DNA of 62,880 nt, the filler included, from Octopus bimaculoides (taxonomy: Eukaryota): the NCBI RefSeq assembly GCF_001194135.2. It is 8 parts of 7 records of this genome, joined end to end, with 100 filler letters (N's around TTAATTAATTAA, not from the genome) between each part and the next. Parts side by side here need not be neighbours in the genome. Positions count along the whole stretch, not along the records: positions 51,601 to 53,247 come from NC_069002.1; positions 53,348 to 54,733 come from NW_026322158.1; positions 54,834 to 62,880 come from NC_068981.1; 5 more parts are not named here. One strand, 5' to 3'. Shown one piece after another: positions 51,678 through 62,880 of this stretch (position 1 is the first letter of the stretch; every line of letters starts with the position of its first letter). The translations under genes were made by a program, and so were the position numbers. The notes beneath the pieces were generated by a model. It was not told the origin of the DNA and did no database searches. It saw only the letters and a program-made list of their open reading frames with translations.

Positions 51678-52981
51678 CATCATCAGCTGTTTTCTTTTTC
51701 AGTGTGTCTTCACCACGCCGCGTATACGTGTTGGTATTCCTTTTGGTTTTGTATTTTCTATTGTATTAACAGTACTCTATGTAATGTGTGTGTGAGTAGA
51801 TAGCCGTGCCATTTTCAGTGCCTGTATAAATAGTAAATAATGTGGATCTAGTTAAATGTCTCTCTGGTTGCAGATCGTATTTTTAACATTCTCAAAGCCT
51901 CTATTTAGAACAAAGATTTTGTTCCCGTTTTAGTCTTTCAAATTCTGATTATTCTGTTTTTATTTCTAGACATGTTGTTGTTGTTGTTGTTGTTATTGTT
52001 TCTGCTGCTGCTGTTTGATTCGTTAAATTCTACTTTACAAAGAGAAAAAACATTCTTAAAGTTCGGATACACATAAGGACATAGAAATTTATCCAACGGA
52101 TTCAAACCAATTACGACAATAATCCTTGAAATCAATAAGGGCCATCGCTAAAGATGTTATCAGAATGTACTGCCTGACTGTAATGCACGAGAACATTCGA
52201 TAAAAGTTATACGTACTGAGTAGAAGCCAATTTATGCCTGCAAATACAGAAAAAACCGTTTGAACCATGGCAAGTGTTTAACAATGTTCTCTGATGAGGA
52301 AAACGTCGACCAAGACGAAACGTCTAACGAGAGAAATGACAGAAAGTCATGTGAAAATCCTTCTGATGTTCCCAGAGTGATGCACACAAAGTTATATAAT
52401 TCTTAAATGTGAGGAGTCTCGTAGGTCATGTCACCTTAGCTCTTTCCAAAGTTTTAGAATTAATGTTGCTGAATACGTTGAGATACTGAAGACAGTTGTT
52501 AAGGCCTAAATGAACGAAATATGCGGCGGAAAACCATACATGCTTGAACAAATTTCAGTGTCTTCTCGCATTATCCACGTGATCCAGAATGGATGTTAAA
52601 CAATCTTAATGATCATATAACCTCAAACTTGTGACGTCCTCCAAAAACGCCAGATTCAAGTACCGTCGACTACTACTTCACAGCGTTGCTGAATGAAAGA
52701 CTAATCAATATCCTCACAATGTATTAACTTCACTGAATGACACCAATTTCCAGATGATCTCACAAATGAATAAACGCCATTTAGTGCAAGCACTTAAAGA
52801 TTCCGATCCTGTAATGAAGCTCTTATCGACGCTAAAGGCAGTTTCATTGATTTGTCATGTACGAAAATTTATCGAGAACATGTACACAAATGTTTATTTA
52901 GACACATTCTGTTTCTGTTGGATTATAGTTGTTTGTTAAATTTCCAGATAGGCCCTGAAGTATATTTTTTACACTGTATAT

Positions 52982-53247
52982 ATATAGGTTAAAAATGGTG
53001 AAGATATAGGTTAAAAATGGTGAAGATATAGGTTAAAAATGGTGAAGATATAGGTTAAAAATGTTGAAGATATAGGTTAAAACTGGTGAAGATATAGGTT
53101 AAAAATGGTGAAGATATAGGTTAAAAATGGTGAAGATATAGGTTAAAAATGGTGAAGATATAGGTTAAAACTGGTGAAGATATAGGTTAAAAATGGTGAA
53201 GATATAGGTTAAAAATGGTGAAGATATAGGTTAAAAATGGTGAAGAT
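52982..53247. repeat. Minisatellite, 22-bp unit ATATAGGTTAAAAATGGTGAAG, 12 copies running into a gap
   Basis: Direct count. Copy 4 has a G>T change; copies 5 and 9 share an A>C change. Confidence 0.95.
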
Positions 53248-54233
53248 NNNNNNNNNNNNNNNNNNNNNNNNNNNNNNNNNNNNNNNNNNNNTTAATTAAT
53301 TAANNNNNNNNNNNNNNNNNNNNNNNNNNNNNNNNNNNNNNNNNNNNAGTGGACTCCAGTAGCATCTACCTGTAAAGGTAATGTAAAGAGTCTCTCACTT
53401 GTTGCTTCTATCTACGTTATTATTATTTTTTTTGTTAAGTGTTTTTGTCAGAGGAAGAATTGCTGTGTCCATGGCAATTTCCATTGTGATAGTCACTGTT
53501 GGAAAAGATAGAAGTTATAGTCAGCACAGAGACCTTTTCAAATGCTTGCAAGAGTGTTGTCTTTGTGAGTGTTACTCAAAGGGCAGATGGTTCATGCATG
53601 CCAAACAAGCACAAGTAGAGTGGAATCTTGTCCCTTCCTGAAATTTCCATTGCGGTTCCATCAACTGAATTTCATGTCCAAGGCTTAGATGTGAAGCAAA
53701 TTCTTAAGCCCACAGATAGAACTCTACGTAATATTCCATTGTTTTTAAGCAAAACTATTATGTCCACAGCTATAACTCAGTTCGTCTAATTTTTTTCTCT
53801 AATTTCTCATTTGACTTTTCTCATCCATACTTTGTGTCATCATCAATACAATGCAGTGAGTTTTTCTTTAATAGAATTCAGCAATTCTCTGAAACAGACT
53901 TCTGATGCTCAAGTGATATTCCATGCAGTCCATAATCCTAAATTATTATAATACAAATAATAATGATGAGTCTTTCTAATTTGAGAAAAAAAAGCAAATA
54001 ATTTTCAATATGTTGTAGATTGACTTCCATTTTGTTGTTTTCGTATTGATTTAGTGGTTTGAGGATGTATTCATCAGGTACAATATAGCTGAGTTGACTA
54101 AATATATTTGGTGTGTGATGTGTATATGTCTTTTGATTAAACAAATTCCTTTTTGCAACTTACTGTTGGAAGAATGACAAGAATAGTCAAATTCATTTTT
54201 GTGGAGAAATGTCAAAAAGATCAATTACGGAAA

Positions 54234-54507
54234 CAGTTTCAATGAATTCCATTTTCATTATTTACATTTGATGGATATTTGTTCTCATCTTGTTTCCTGA
54301 TAAAAGAATGTTTCACCTGATATACCCTCCAGCCTTCATCAGGTGTCTTGGGGGAAATTTCGAACCTGGGTTTTCATTCCTAAGGTATTTTTGGGGATGT
54401 TATTATTATCATTATGATTATTATTATTATTCAGGTCACTGCCTGGAATCCAACTCGGAATGTTGGTGTTAGTAGCCCTGCGCTTTTAACCACTGCACCA
54501 TATGCCC
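54234..54507 (-). mobile_element. tRNA-headed SINE family J with hammerhead-like tail (left copy)
   Basis: Minus strand: GGGCATATGGTGCAGTGG head ... GACAC-CTGATGA-AGGCTGGAGGGTATATCAGGT-GAAA. Confidence 0.75.
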
Positions 54508-54733
54508 ATGGCGTAGTGGTTAAGGGCACAGGCTACTCAACCCAAGATTCCGACTTCGATTCCTGGCAGTGAACTGAATAATAATAAGAATAATAATGAT
54601 AACAATAACATTGAAAAAAATACTTTAGGAATGAGAACTGAGGTTCAAAATTTCCCCAAGTCACCTGATGATGCCTGAAGCACATATCAGCTGAAACGTG
54701 TTAACAACAAACAAGATGAGGACAAATATCTGT
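54508..54733 (+). mobile_element. tRNA-headed SINE family J with hammerhead-like tail (right copy, abutting the left copy head-to-head)
   Basis: A-box TGGCGTAGTGG (54509-54519), B-box-like GACTTCGATTCC (54552-54563), CTGATGA (54665-54671) ... GAAA (54693-54696) CGTGTT. Confidence 0.75.
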
Positions 54734-54879
54734 NNNNNNNNNNNNNNNNNNNNNNNNNNNNNNNNNNNNNNNNNNNNTTAATTAATTAANNNNNNNNNNN
54801 NNNNNNNNNNNNNNNNNNNNNNNNNNNNNNNNNATAATAATAATAATAATAATAATAATTATTATTATTATTATTATTA

Positions 54880-55182
54880 TTCAGTAGTCTTATTTTTACC
54901 ACGTGCTTTCACTGCACTACCAAGCGCAGCTCAGTGTGCCTTTGGTATGCGGTATGGTTTATTGTGGTTCTCTTTCTTTCGCTGTGTTGTATGTGCTTCA
55001 CGTAGGATGTGTGCAAAGCCAAGTAGTGCTATTTTCTGCATGTTATATACACTTGTAATTCCTGGTATTTTGGTTATGTATTTGTGTGAATGTTGTTTTC
55101 TTTTATCATAGCTAATGCGCCTACTATTGTAGGAATTGTTTCTGCTTTTAAGCACCACATTCGAATTACTGCTATTTCCAAA
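54880..55182 (-). mobile_element. Second R4/Dong-like 3' fragment (frameshifted)
   Basis: LEIAVIRMWCLKAETIPTIVGALAMIK / KYITKIPGITSVYNMQKIALLGFAHILR. Homologous to 17291-17606; (TAT)n tail. Confidence 0.75.
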
Positions 55183-55359
55183 CCTCCTCCTCCTCCTTCT
55201 TCTTCTTCTTCTTCTTCTTCTTCTTCTTCTTCTTCTTCTTCTTCTTCTTCTTCTTCTTCTTCTTCTTCTTCTTCTTCTTCTTCTTCTTCNNNNNNNNNNT
55301 TCTTCTTCTTCTTCTTCTTCTTCTTCTTCTTCTTCTTCTTCTCACTATTATTATTAGCG

Positions 55360-55505
55360 GTCACATTTTGACGAAGTTAACTTGCCTTTTGTCCATGCGA
55401 GAGTGAATAAAATTACGTACCAGTTAAATACTGCAATCAAGGCAATCGACTTGTCCCACCCCACTCACATTTCAAACTTTCTCTCAGTAGTAGAAAGAAT
55501 TATTA
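55360..55505 (+). mobile_element. Degraded SINE family C fragment
   Basis: AACTTGCCTTTGTCCAT...ATAAAATTACGTACCAGTT...AATCGACTTGTCCC. Confidence 0.45.
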
Positions 55506-58500
55506 ATATCAACTTTATAATCAACTTGAAGCCGTTGTCATCAACATCAAAGGAGACAGTCTTAATAATCAACAGTTGATATGCCTTGAAGTGAAAGAGA
55601 ATCTACGTTGCCATCGATCCAGACAGATTCGTACGAAAGATATTTTGTTTTATCTGTGAATCATACAAAATGCTGTCATTAAATGTAGGTGAGTAGAATA
55701 TAAAAACGAGACACACTCCTTTCTGGTATTTGAACAAGATTGTTGCAGTATTCCGATGCGTGCATAAACATATCATGTACCCGTTGTACGCGAGAACACT
55801 AGGATAAGCAGACAAATGATTCACCCCGTCATCTCATATCGGCAGGAAAATACATGTGTGAAAATATTTCGGGGTAATATAACATGTGGAATTTGTGAAG
55901 CCTTTCTAAAAGTATGGCATTAATAAATGATTTGATGGCACTGAAAGCCATACATTAATTAATGTAATAGATGAAGAATCTGGGGAGTATTGATGACGAG
56001 ATAATGTATCACATTTATTACATCTATTACATTGATCAAGTGATTTATCACAATTTGAAAGTGATTAAATATTTTATTAATTAACAATAATATTTGTTTT
56101 TAAATTTTATTAATTTCTTTATTTATGAACAATTTGTGCAGTCAGATTATGCTAAAACAGTTTTTGCTCTTATTGCTAAACCGAATTATTGTATTTTGTT
56201 CTTTGTCATTACAGTATGTACATACCATGTAATGTTTTCATTTTAAAGAACTGCTTTTCTAATCTAATATCCAGTTTTATGTTCAAAGATTCTAGTAACT
56301 TGTGTTATATAAAAAGCTTTAAAAAGCGATTTGTTTTAACTTGTGGTCATTCTTTATTGTATTCATATTGAAGTTTTGCACTATCAGCGTATTTTGTTAT
56401 TTGATTGCATGATCTATTTGTAATTATATATGTAAGCTAAGTTAGACTTTTCTTTCTGTTATAACTTAGAACAATATTATTATTAAGAGCTTTGTTCTTC
56501 TTTTATTGATACGATGTCTGTAGCAACACACAAATACACACACACACACGCATTTAAATGAAATGCCTAAAGGCTAATTTGTTTGCTTTTCAATTTCTCA
56601 GTTGGAATCGGAAAATGATTTATATTTGACTGTGGTTCTGATAAATCATTCAAATAGCGCATCTTACTATTTTACCATTGGAATAATCTTTCTTGTTTAT
56701 TTATTTTACTCGAATTTTGCTTGCCATACCGCAGGTTACGTTACGTTGATTGTTGTTGTTTGCGGAACTAATTCAGATCTCGTGGGATGTGTATATTCCT
56801 GATTTGTATATCATGCTTCACCTGATTATTACTCTGCTTCTTCATCTCAACTGTTTAATATCAAATTTTGACTGTTATGAAATTTAAAGTTTCGCATTAC
56901 GTGAGTTTTGCATTAGTTTCAAGAAATGGCAACATTAAATTTTATATCGTAATATATAAGGAAGAACTGGATCACCTTACGTTTGTTGCTTAGTTTCATT
57001 AATTTGCGCCTGCCTTGTTTAGCTCGCACACGAAGATTGGCTTCTCCTTGAAACAAAATGCTTTTAAAAAGATTGAAACTGCAGTTTTGCAGTAACTGCA
57101 AAGGGATCTTGCAGCTTTATTAGTTATTGTTTGATGTGAAAATATACTACGTGCTCTCTGGTATAATATATATATAAACGATTACGGAATGGTCGTTGAG
57201 GTTTTCACCAACGTAAAAAAAATCTTATTTATGTAGAATCCAAGTTCTCTGCTGAGAGTTATTGTAAAGACAAGGAGTTTGACTATAGCTAGTTACTGTT
57301 GTATTGAGTAGGATACCGCTGCGAATACTCATTATTTCAACCCAGTTCACATTGATATTTCTAACCCATAACCAATATCGAAACATACCGAAAGTGTTGG
57401 ACCTTGACCTAAGTATGTGTATAATACGTAAGTCGTCTATCTATGGAATCTTGGTCCCGTTAATATTACCAATCATCAAATCAACGCTAAGCTACTATCA
57501 AAAATTAATAAAATTCTGGGTTGTATGATTTTGTCAAAATCTCTGTGTTCAATATCGGAATGTGACTTTCCAATCACAATGGCATTGGGGAAGAAGGGAT
57601 TTGATAATTGAACCTAAACATCGACATTATCGAACTGAAGTAGATTTATGTATATTTGTATCGTGGCATAAACCAATTGACTGATGACCACTTATTTTTC
57701 CGTTGTCACACATTCCTGGTGTAATCAAGGTTATCAGGAAAATGTTCTCCCATAATATTTACAAGAGGATCAATTAGCCTGTACTTAGAGCTTGTAATGG
57801 TGGTCATGTTGTGGTTCACAGAGGCAATATAAACTTCGTTTCGTTGTAAAAACGTTACTATGTATTACATAGTTCTATTTTTGTGGTTTTCCTTTCTGTT
57901 TTATCGTTAATGTTACCATAGGTGTTTCTTAGCTTTGCTGTATGTTTCTCTGATTTTAATACTTGAGAACCTCGCGTAAGTTTGCCAATATAGTTTACAC
58001 AAATTTTCTCAGTCTTATGACTGTGGACATAAACGTTATTACGTTACCGCTATTAACAGTTCTGCTATTTAGTATGAGTATATGCTGATGAAAATTAAAA
58101 TCAAATTATGTGACTGATTATACTGTTCTAAATTCATTTAGCCAGGAGTGGGCAATACAAGCTTTTATTTCGAATGGAATATTTACTAAGATTAAATGGT
58201 CATTTCCGTAATCAGTCGCTTTTCTTCGTATTCACTTGTAAGTGACGATGGGAAAGTAGTGGTATATGTTTATAGGTATTTTACAAGTATTAAGCTGAGA
58301 GGAAAATTAAAATAAATTTCGTAAACGTCTATGCTGTAGAAAATTATGTTTGGAAATTATTCTAATCTTATAATGCGTATAATAATATTAAATGATATTA
58401 TATTTATCTATATTCATAGATAAATAGAGTTAATATAAAACTAATAGATATCGTCTTCGATAAAGCAAAAGCAAAACAAATTTGTAAATAGTATTAACTC

Positions 58501-58826
58501 TGTCAACTGATGCAGTTGAAACGTTTTAAATCATACTGTTAGCATACTAACGTAATATTATATGATGTTTTACAAAAAACTAAGTATTACCATATTTACT
58601 TTTAATGTTTACATGTCGCATTATCAAACGCTTGCGTTGCTAAAATTCAAAATATTTACATTATAAAACTAACATTAACAAATAATGATTTACATTACTT
58701 ACTTTACAACAATTTTATATTGTGTACAGTTATAGAGTGATGTACTTATACATGCAATAGAAAATCAGACACATATTCGCTATACGTATATGTATGTATA
58801 TATACGTATATGCATATTGATATATA

Positions 58827-59216
58827 GGCGTGGGTAAGAAGAGTGCTCCCTAACTACATGGTTCCGGGTTCAGTCCTACTGCCTAGCACCTTCGGTAAGT
58901 GTCTACTACTATAGCCTTCGGGCCGACCTAAGCCTTCTGAGTGGATTTGGTAGACGGAAACTGAAAGTAGACCATGCGCGTGTGTANNNNNNNNNNATGC
59001 GCGTGTGTATGTGTGTATGTGCATGCGCGTGTGTGCGTGTGTGTGTTTGTCCCCCGCCATCCCTTGACAACGTATGTTGGTGTGCTTACGTCCCCGCAAC
59101 TTAGCGATTCGGCAAATAGCCCAATAGAAAAAGTATTAGGCTTACAAGAATAAGTCCTGGATCGATGTTTTCGACTAAAGCGGTACTTGAGTCAAATGAC
59201 TGAAACAAATAAATGA
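58827..59216 (+). mobile_element. Degraded SINE family A
   Basis: GGTTCCGGGTTCAGTCC...GAGTGGATTTGGTAGACGGAAACTGAAAG...GACTGAAACAAA. Confidence 0.8.
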
Positions 59217-59227
59217 ATATATATATA

Positions 59228-60590
59228 TATATATATAGTTTTGATCTGGACAAATGACATCTTCAGAATTTTAGGGGTTGCACCAATCCAAGAAAATTAC
59301 TACCATGTTGTCAATGCCAAAGACACTAAATCCGAGCTAGACCAACTGGAAAAGGGCAGTCGATAAAAGACAGCTTCTTGGAAGCTTTAAGCTATGTCGC
59401 TAAAAGTAGGGAATTATATCACATTGTAGTGGCTGTTTTTGCTTTCTGATTTTGCTATGACTCGGCTAAAGGCAATGGAGAGGCTTTGCAGTAAATTCCT
59501 CTGAAGGTGGCTCAGTGTTTTCCTAAATTTTAAGTCAGCCAATCCGTACTATAAGATCTCTAAGCTCCGCCTACAAATTGTACCTGTGGTGTATGAATTT
59601 AAAGCCTAAAGTCAAAAGCAGTCAGCATATTGCTTCTATTTGAAGAAGAAGAAGTAAGACACCAACAAAATGACCATGTATCACATAAAAAATGTCAAAA
59701 AAGACCAATGTATCAGAGAAAATTTGGAACCCTAGGAAACTGGGTCTGCAGCAGAGACATACCTGAAACACCAAGAAACTGTTGAGGTAGTCTCTAAAAA
59801 ACGGCTAGTATATGGCAACTATAGTACCAAGATATGGAAAAAACCGACACCAGCTCATAATGGTAAGTATCCGTGATGCAACAGAGGAAGACTACCAGGT
59901 GAAGGCAGTAGGACTTGCCCAACACGGTAAATAGCAATAGTGGGACAAGACCTTCGAGGACTGACTGTCCTGGAAGAACTCTGCAGTACTGTCTAAGAAG
60001 GATTGTCGTTCCCCCTTCTTGCTATCGTTGATCTCTTGTCAACTTCAAATAACCTTAAAATATGGGCATAAAAATGACCCGCCTTAAAGCAGTGCGGAGT
60101 AACTATTTGCGCTTTGGATCATATTTTGATCGGATGCTCTCGAGCATTGGGATGAGGCCGATACAAGTAGAGACACGACAGGGTGCTTGCAGAAATTGCC
60201 AAGTGGGTTGACCTGCAAAGGCTGAAGGCTAATAAACATCAGTCACCACCACCAAGGAGTATCAAATACCCAACAGAAGGCGACAAGGCTCTCAAGGCGA
60301 AAGTGATGGTAAGGCGCCTATTTCCTATTTTACATTCAGCCTCAGATTGGGAGATGCAAGTGGACCTGAAGGGCAGATTTATCCTCCCAGAGGAGAAGGT
60401 GGCAACATCACTCCTGCTCTCCAGAAATGCAAAAGCAATCATCCCGGTCGAAATCACAGTGCCCCGGGAGGACACTCGAAGTTTTCCACCTTCAGAAAAA
60501 ATACCAGGACATGGTAGACGAGGTACTTATCAAGGCCTATGCGAAACGACCATAATCTCATCTTTTAAAATTTTTCCATGTAGGTCATGA
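59228..60590 (+). mobile_element. Decayed RLE-type non-LTR retrotransposon (HERO/NeSL-like), post-RT to endonuclease region
   Basis: Interrupted peptides in the expected order: RAVDKRQLLGSFKL; KFL*RWLSV; KAVGLAQHG; LSFPLLAIVDLLSTSNNLKIW; QCGVTICALDHILIGCSRALG*GRYK*RHDRVLAEIA (CCHC + RH motif); ASDWEMQVDL..FILPEE; IIPVEITVPRE. Confidence 0.8.
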
Positions 60591-61585
60591 TAATATTTCA
60601 GTTGGTTTGATGTTTAATTTNNNNNNNNNNNNNNNNNNNNNNNNNNNNNNNNNNNNNNNNNNNNNNNNNNNNNNNNNNNNNNNNNNNNNNNNNNNNNNNN
60701 NNNNNNNNNNNNNNNNNNNNNNNNNNNNNNNNNNNNNNNNNNNNNNNNNNNNNNNNNNNNNNNNNNNNNNNNNNNNNNNNNNNNNNNNNNNNNNNNNNNN
60801 NNNNNNNACGAGGTACTTATCAAGGCCTATGCGAAACGACCATAATCTCATCTTTTAAAATTTTTCCATGTAGGTCATGATAATATTTCAGTTGGTTTGA
60901 TGTTTAATTTAAACAATTGTGTGATTGAATTATCTGATATTACCCATCCACACCAAATTAATGGAAGGGAATTTTGCCATCTTGTTGGTTGCACCATGGC
61001 TCACCAAAAGTTACAAACAAGACCTCAAAACCATCAGTTACCAGGCTCAGCTTAAGTAACTTAGATTTTGAGTTGGTGATAATAGCACTGACTGCTGCTA
61101 ACCTAGATGTATCAATAATTATTCAATACAACAGTAATTATAAAAAAAACATATATATCAGATATACAAAAGTTAAAATTACCCACATCCAATTAATATA
61201 AATTTGCTTTATGAAAAATCCCTTTTAATTAATTTTTAAATTAAAAAAGTAAATTTAGAATAAAAGCACTTTGAACCAGTGCCTTTTCTGGACAGCATTA
61301 CTACATGCTTTCAGGTCTTCCCATAGACACACAGCCAAAATGACAATATTCCTGCCACAATAAATTTAGATGCACATAACGGAAGCATATCGCACATTAA
61401 GGAACTTTCCTGATGAAATGATTAAACAAAAAGAAAGGGAAAGCAACTAGAAAGGAAAAGCAAAAAAAAAAAAAGCGGAAAGCAAGTTAAATAAAGTTGA
61501 AAGAGAAAATTAGTAATAAAATTTAAACTTACCCTAATTCAACAGCATATTAAAAATAACTTTATTAAACAATTAATTGAAGTAA

Positions 61586-61690
61586 ACGAAAGGTATAGTC
61601 GAACTCTGTGGAACTTCAACTTAAAACGAAAAGACACAAGATATCGCTAAGGATCTCGCCCGGCGTGACAACGCTTCTGCCAAACCGCCG
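61586..61690 (-). mobile_element. Degraded SINE family C 5' fragment
   Basis: GCTAAGGATCTCGCCCGGCGTGACAACGCTTCTGCCAAACCGCC. Confidence 0.55.
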
Positions 61691-62278
61691 CGTTGCAATG
61701 AAAGAATTCATTTTAGAAATATATTCTTATCTTAAAATCATTGGGGCGTTACTTCTTAGAATAAATTTCATGACATTTCACCTCATAAGATTTTTCTACT
61801 AACTTTTGTTGAATGCGACTAAAGATTCTGAATTCTTCATGAATGTTTCTATCATTTAAGCCTAAGAAAAGTATACTTTTATTTTAAAATTATGCTAATT
61901 GAAGATGAATAGGTACCTTACTNNNNNNNNNNNNNNNNNNNNNNNNNNNNNNNNNNNNNNNNNNNNNNNNNNNNNNNNNNNNNNNNNNNNNNNNNNNNNN
62001 NNNNNNNNNNNNNNNNNNNNNNNNNNNNNNNNNNNNNNNNNNNNNNNNNNNNNNNNNNNNNNNNNNNNNNNNNNNNNNNNNNNNNNNNNNNNNNNNNNNN
62101 NNNNNNNNNNNNNNNNNNNNNNNNNNNNNNNNNNNNNNNNNNNNNNNNNNNNNNNNNNNNNNNNNNNNNNNNNNNNNNNNNNNNNNNNNNNNNNNNNNNN
62201 NNNNNNNNNNNNNNNNNNNNNNNNNNNNNNNNNNNNNNNNNNNNNNNNNNNNNNNNNNNNNNNNNNNNNNNNNNNNNN

Positions 62279-62310
<32 letters not shown>

Positions 62311-62460
62311 GTGTGTTTGTGTGTGTGTGTGTGCGCGGGCGTGTGTGCGCGGGCGTGTGTGCGCGTGTGCGCGTGTGTGTGTGTTTGTGTGTGTGCGTGT
62401 GTGTGTTTGTGTATATATGTATATACATCTTCATATACATATATATACACACATATATAT

Positions 62461-62708
62461 TGTTTCAGTCATTTGAGTGTGGCCATGCTAGAGTAGCGGA
62501 TTTTAGTTGAAGTCAGTGACTCAGGGACTTATTCTTTGTAAGCCTTGTGCTTATTCTACTGATATGTTCTGCCCAGCTGCAAACCGTCGGAACGGGGACG
62601 TAAACGCACCAACATCGGTTTCTGAGCGATAGTGGTGCGAGAGCAAACACAGACATAAGCACACACACGCGCGCACGCGCGAGCGTACGCACACGCACAC
62701 ACACACAC

Positions 62709-62740
<32 letters not shown>

Positions 62741-62880
62741 CTATATATATGTATATATATATCTATATATATCAGACAGAATTCTTTCAGTTTCTGTCTA
62801 CCAAAGCCACTAACGTTACTTTGATCGGCCCCAGGCTATAGAAGAAATTTGACCAAGATCCCACGCAGTGGGACTGAACC
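62461..62880 (-). mobile_element. Degraded SINE family A, running off the window end
   Basis: TTTCAGTCATTTGAGTGTGGCCATGCT tail; CCCACGCAGTGGGACTGAACC head-proximal part. Confidence 0.8.

Noticed and set aside
52285-52335. CTGATGA...GAC-GAAA-CGT-C hammerhead-like string
   Set aside because: A 7-nt insertion precedes the 3-bp stem II and there is no adjacent stem I pairing. At best a heavily decayed relic.
53399-54144. Short ORFs suggesting an exon or transposase remnant
   Set aside because: No recognisable motif or consistent frame on either strand; insufficient support.
54508-54580. Possible tRNA gene
   Set aside because: The tRNA-like head continues into a repeat body and has an inverted paralogue, with no proper acceptor stem. 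It is a SINE head; the same applies to families A, C and D.
58503-58525. CTGATGCAGTTGAAACGTT
   Set aside because: Lacks A9 and stem II. It is just a small TCAACTG/CAGTTGA hairpin.
60518-60910. 103-bp exact direct repeat (60518-60620 and 60808-60910)
   Set aside because: The copies sit on either side of an N gap and are identical, indicating an unmerged contig overlap.

Overview
AT-rich, gap-ridden eukaryotic (animal) genomic DNA dominated by microsatellites and interspersed repeats. The repeat families look like octopus SINEs/LINEs (recognised from memory, not searched). No protein-coding host gene can be identified with confidence. Nearly all ORFs in the track are microsatellite or N-gap artefacts, and only a few weak exon candidates exist. 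Supported content: about 12 copies of a tRNA-headed SINE with an internal microsatellite, several other SINE families, decayed non-LTR retrotransposon fragments (R4/Dong-like, RLE/HERO-like, RTE-like), a 15-bp-TSD-bounded ORF1-only retroelement nested in a DINE-1/HINE-like element, nested MITEs, two long foldbacks, a 22-bp minisatellite and seven artificial gap linkers. The most interesting signal is a set of type I hammerhead-ribozyme-like motifs with palindromic stem III, as in Penelope-like elements, folded by eye. Three have a near-complete fold but non-canonical cores: U3/A8 covariant at 6829-6877(-), C6 at 7150-7186(+), U6 at 30204-30249(-). Two more sit in the tail of a tRNA-headed SINE. 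Hammerhead-bearing and other repeats recur as divergent head-to-head pairs. Catalytic activity is untested inference.
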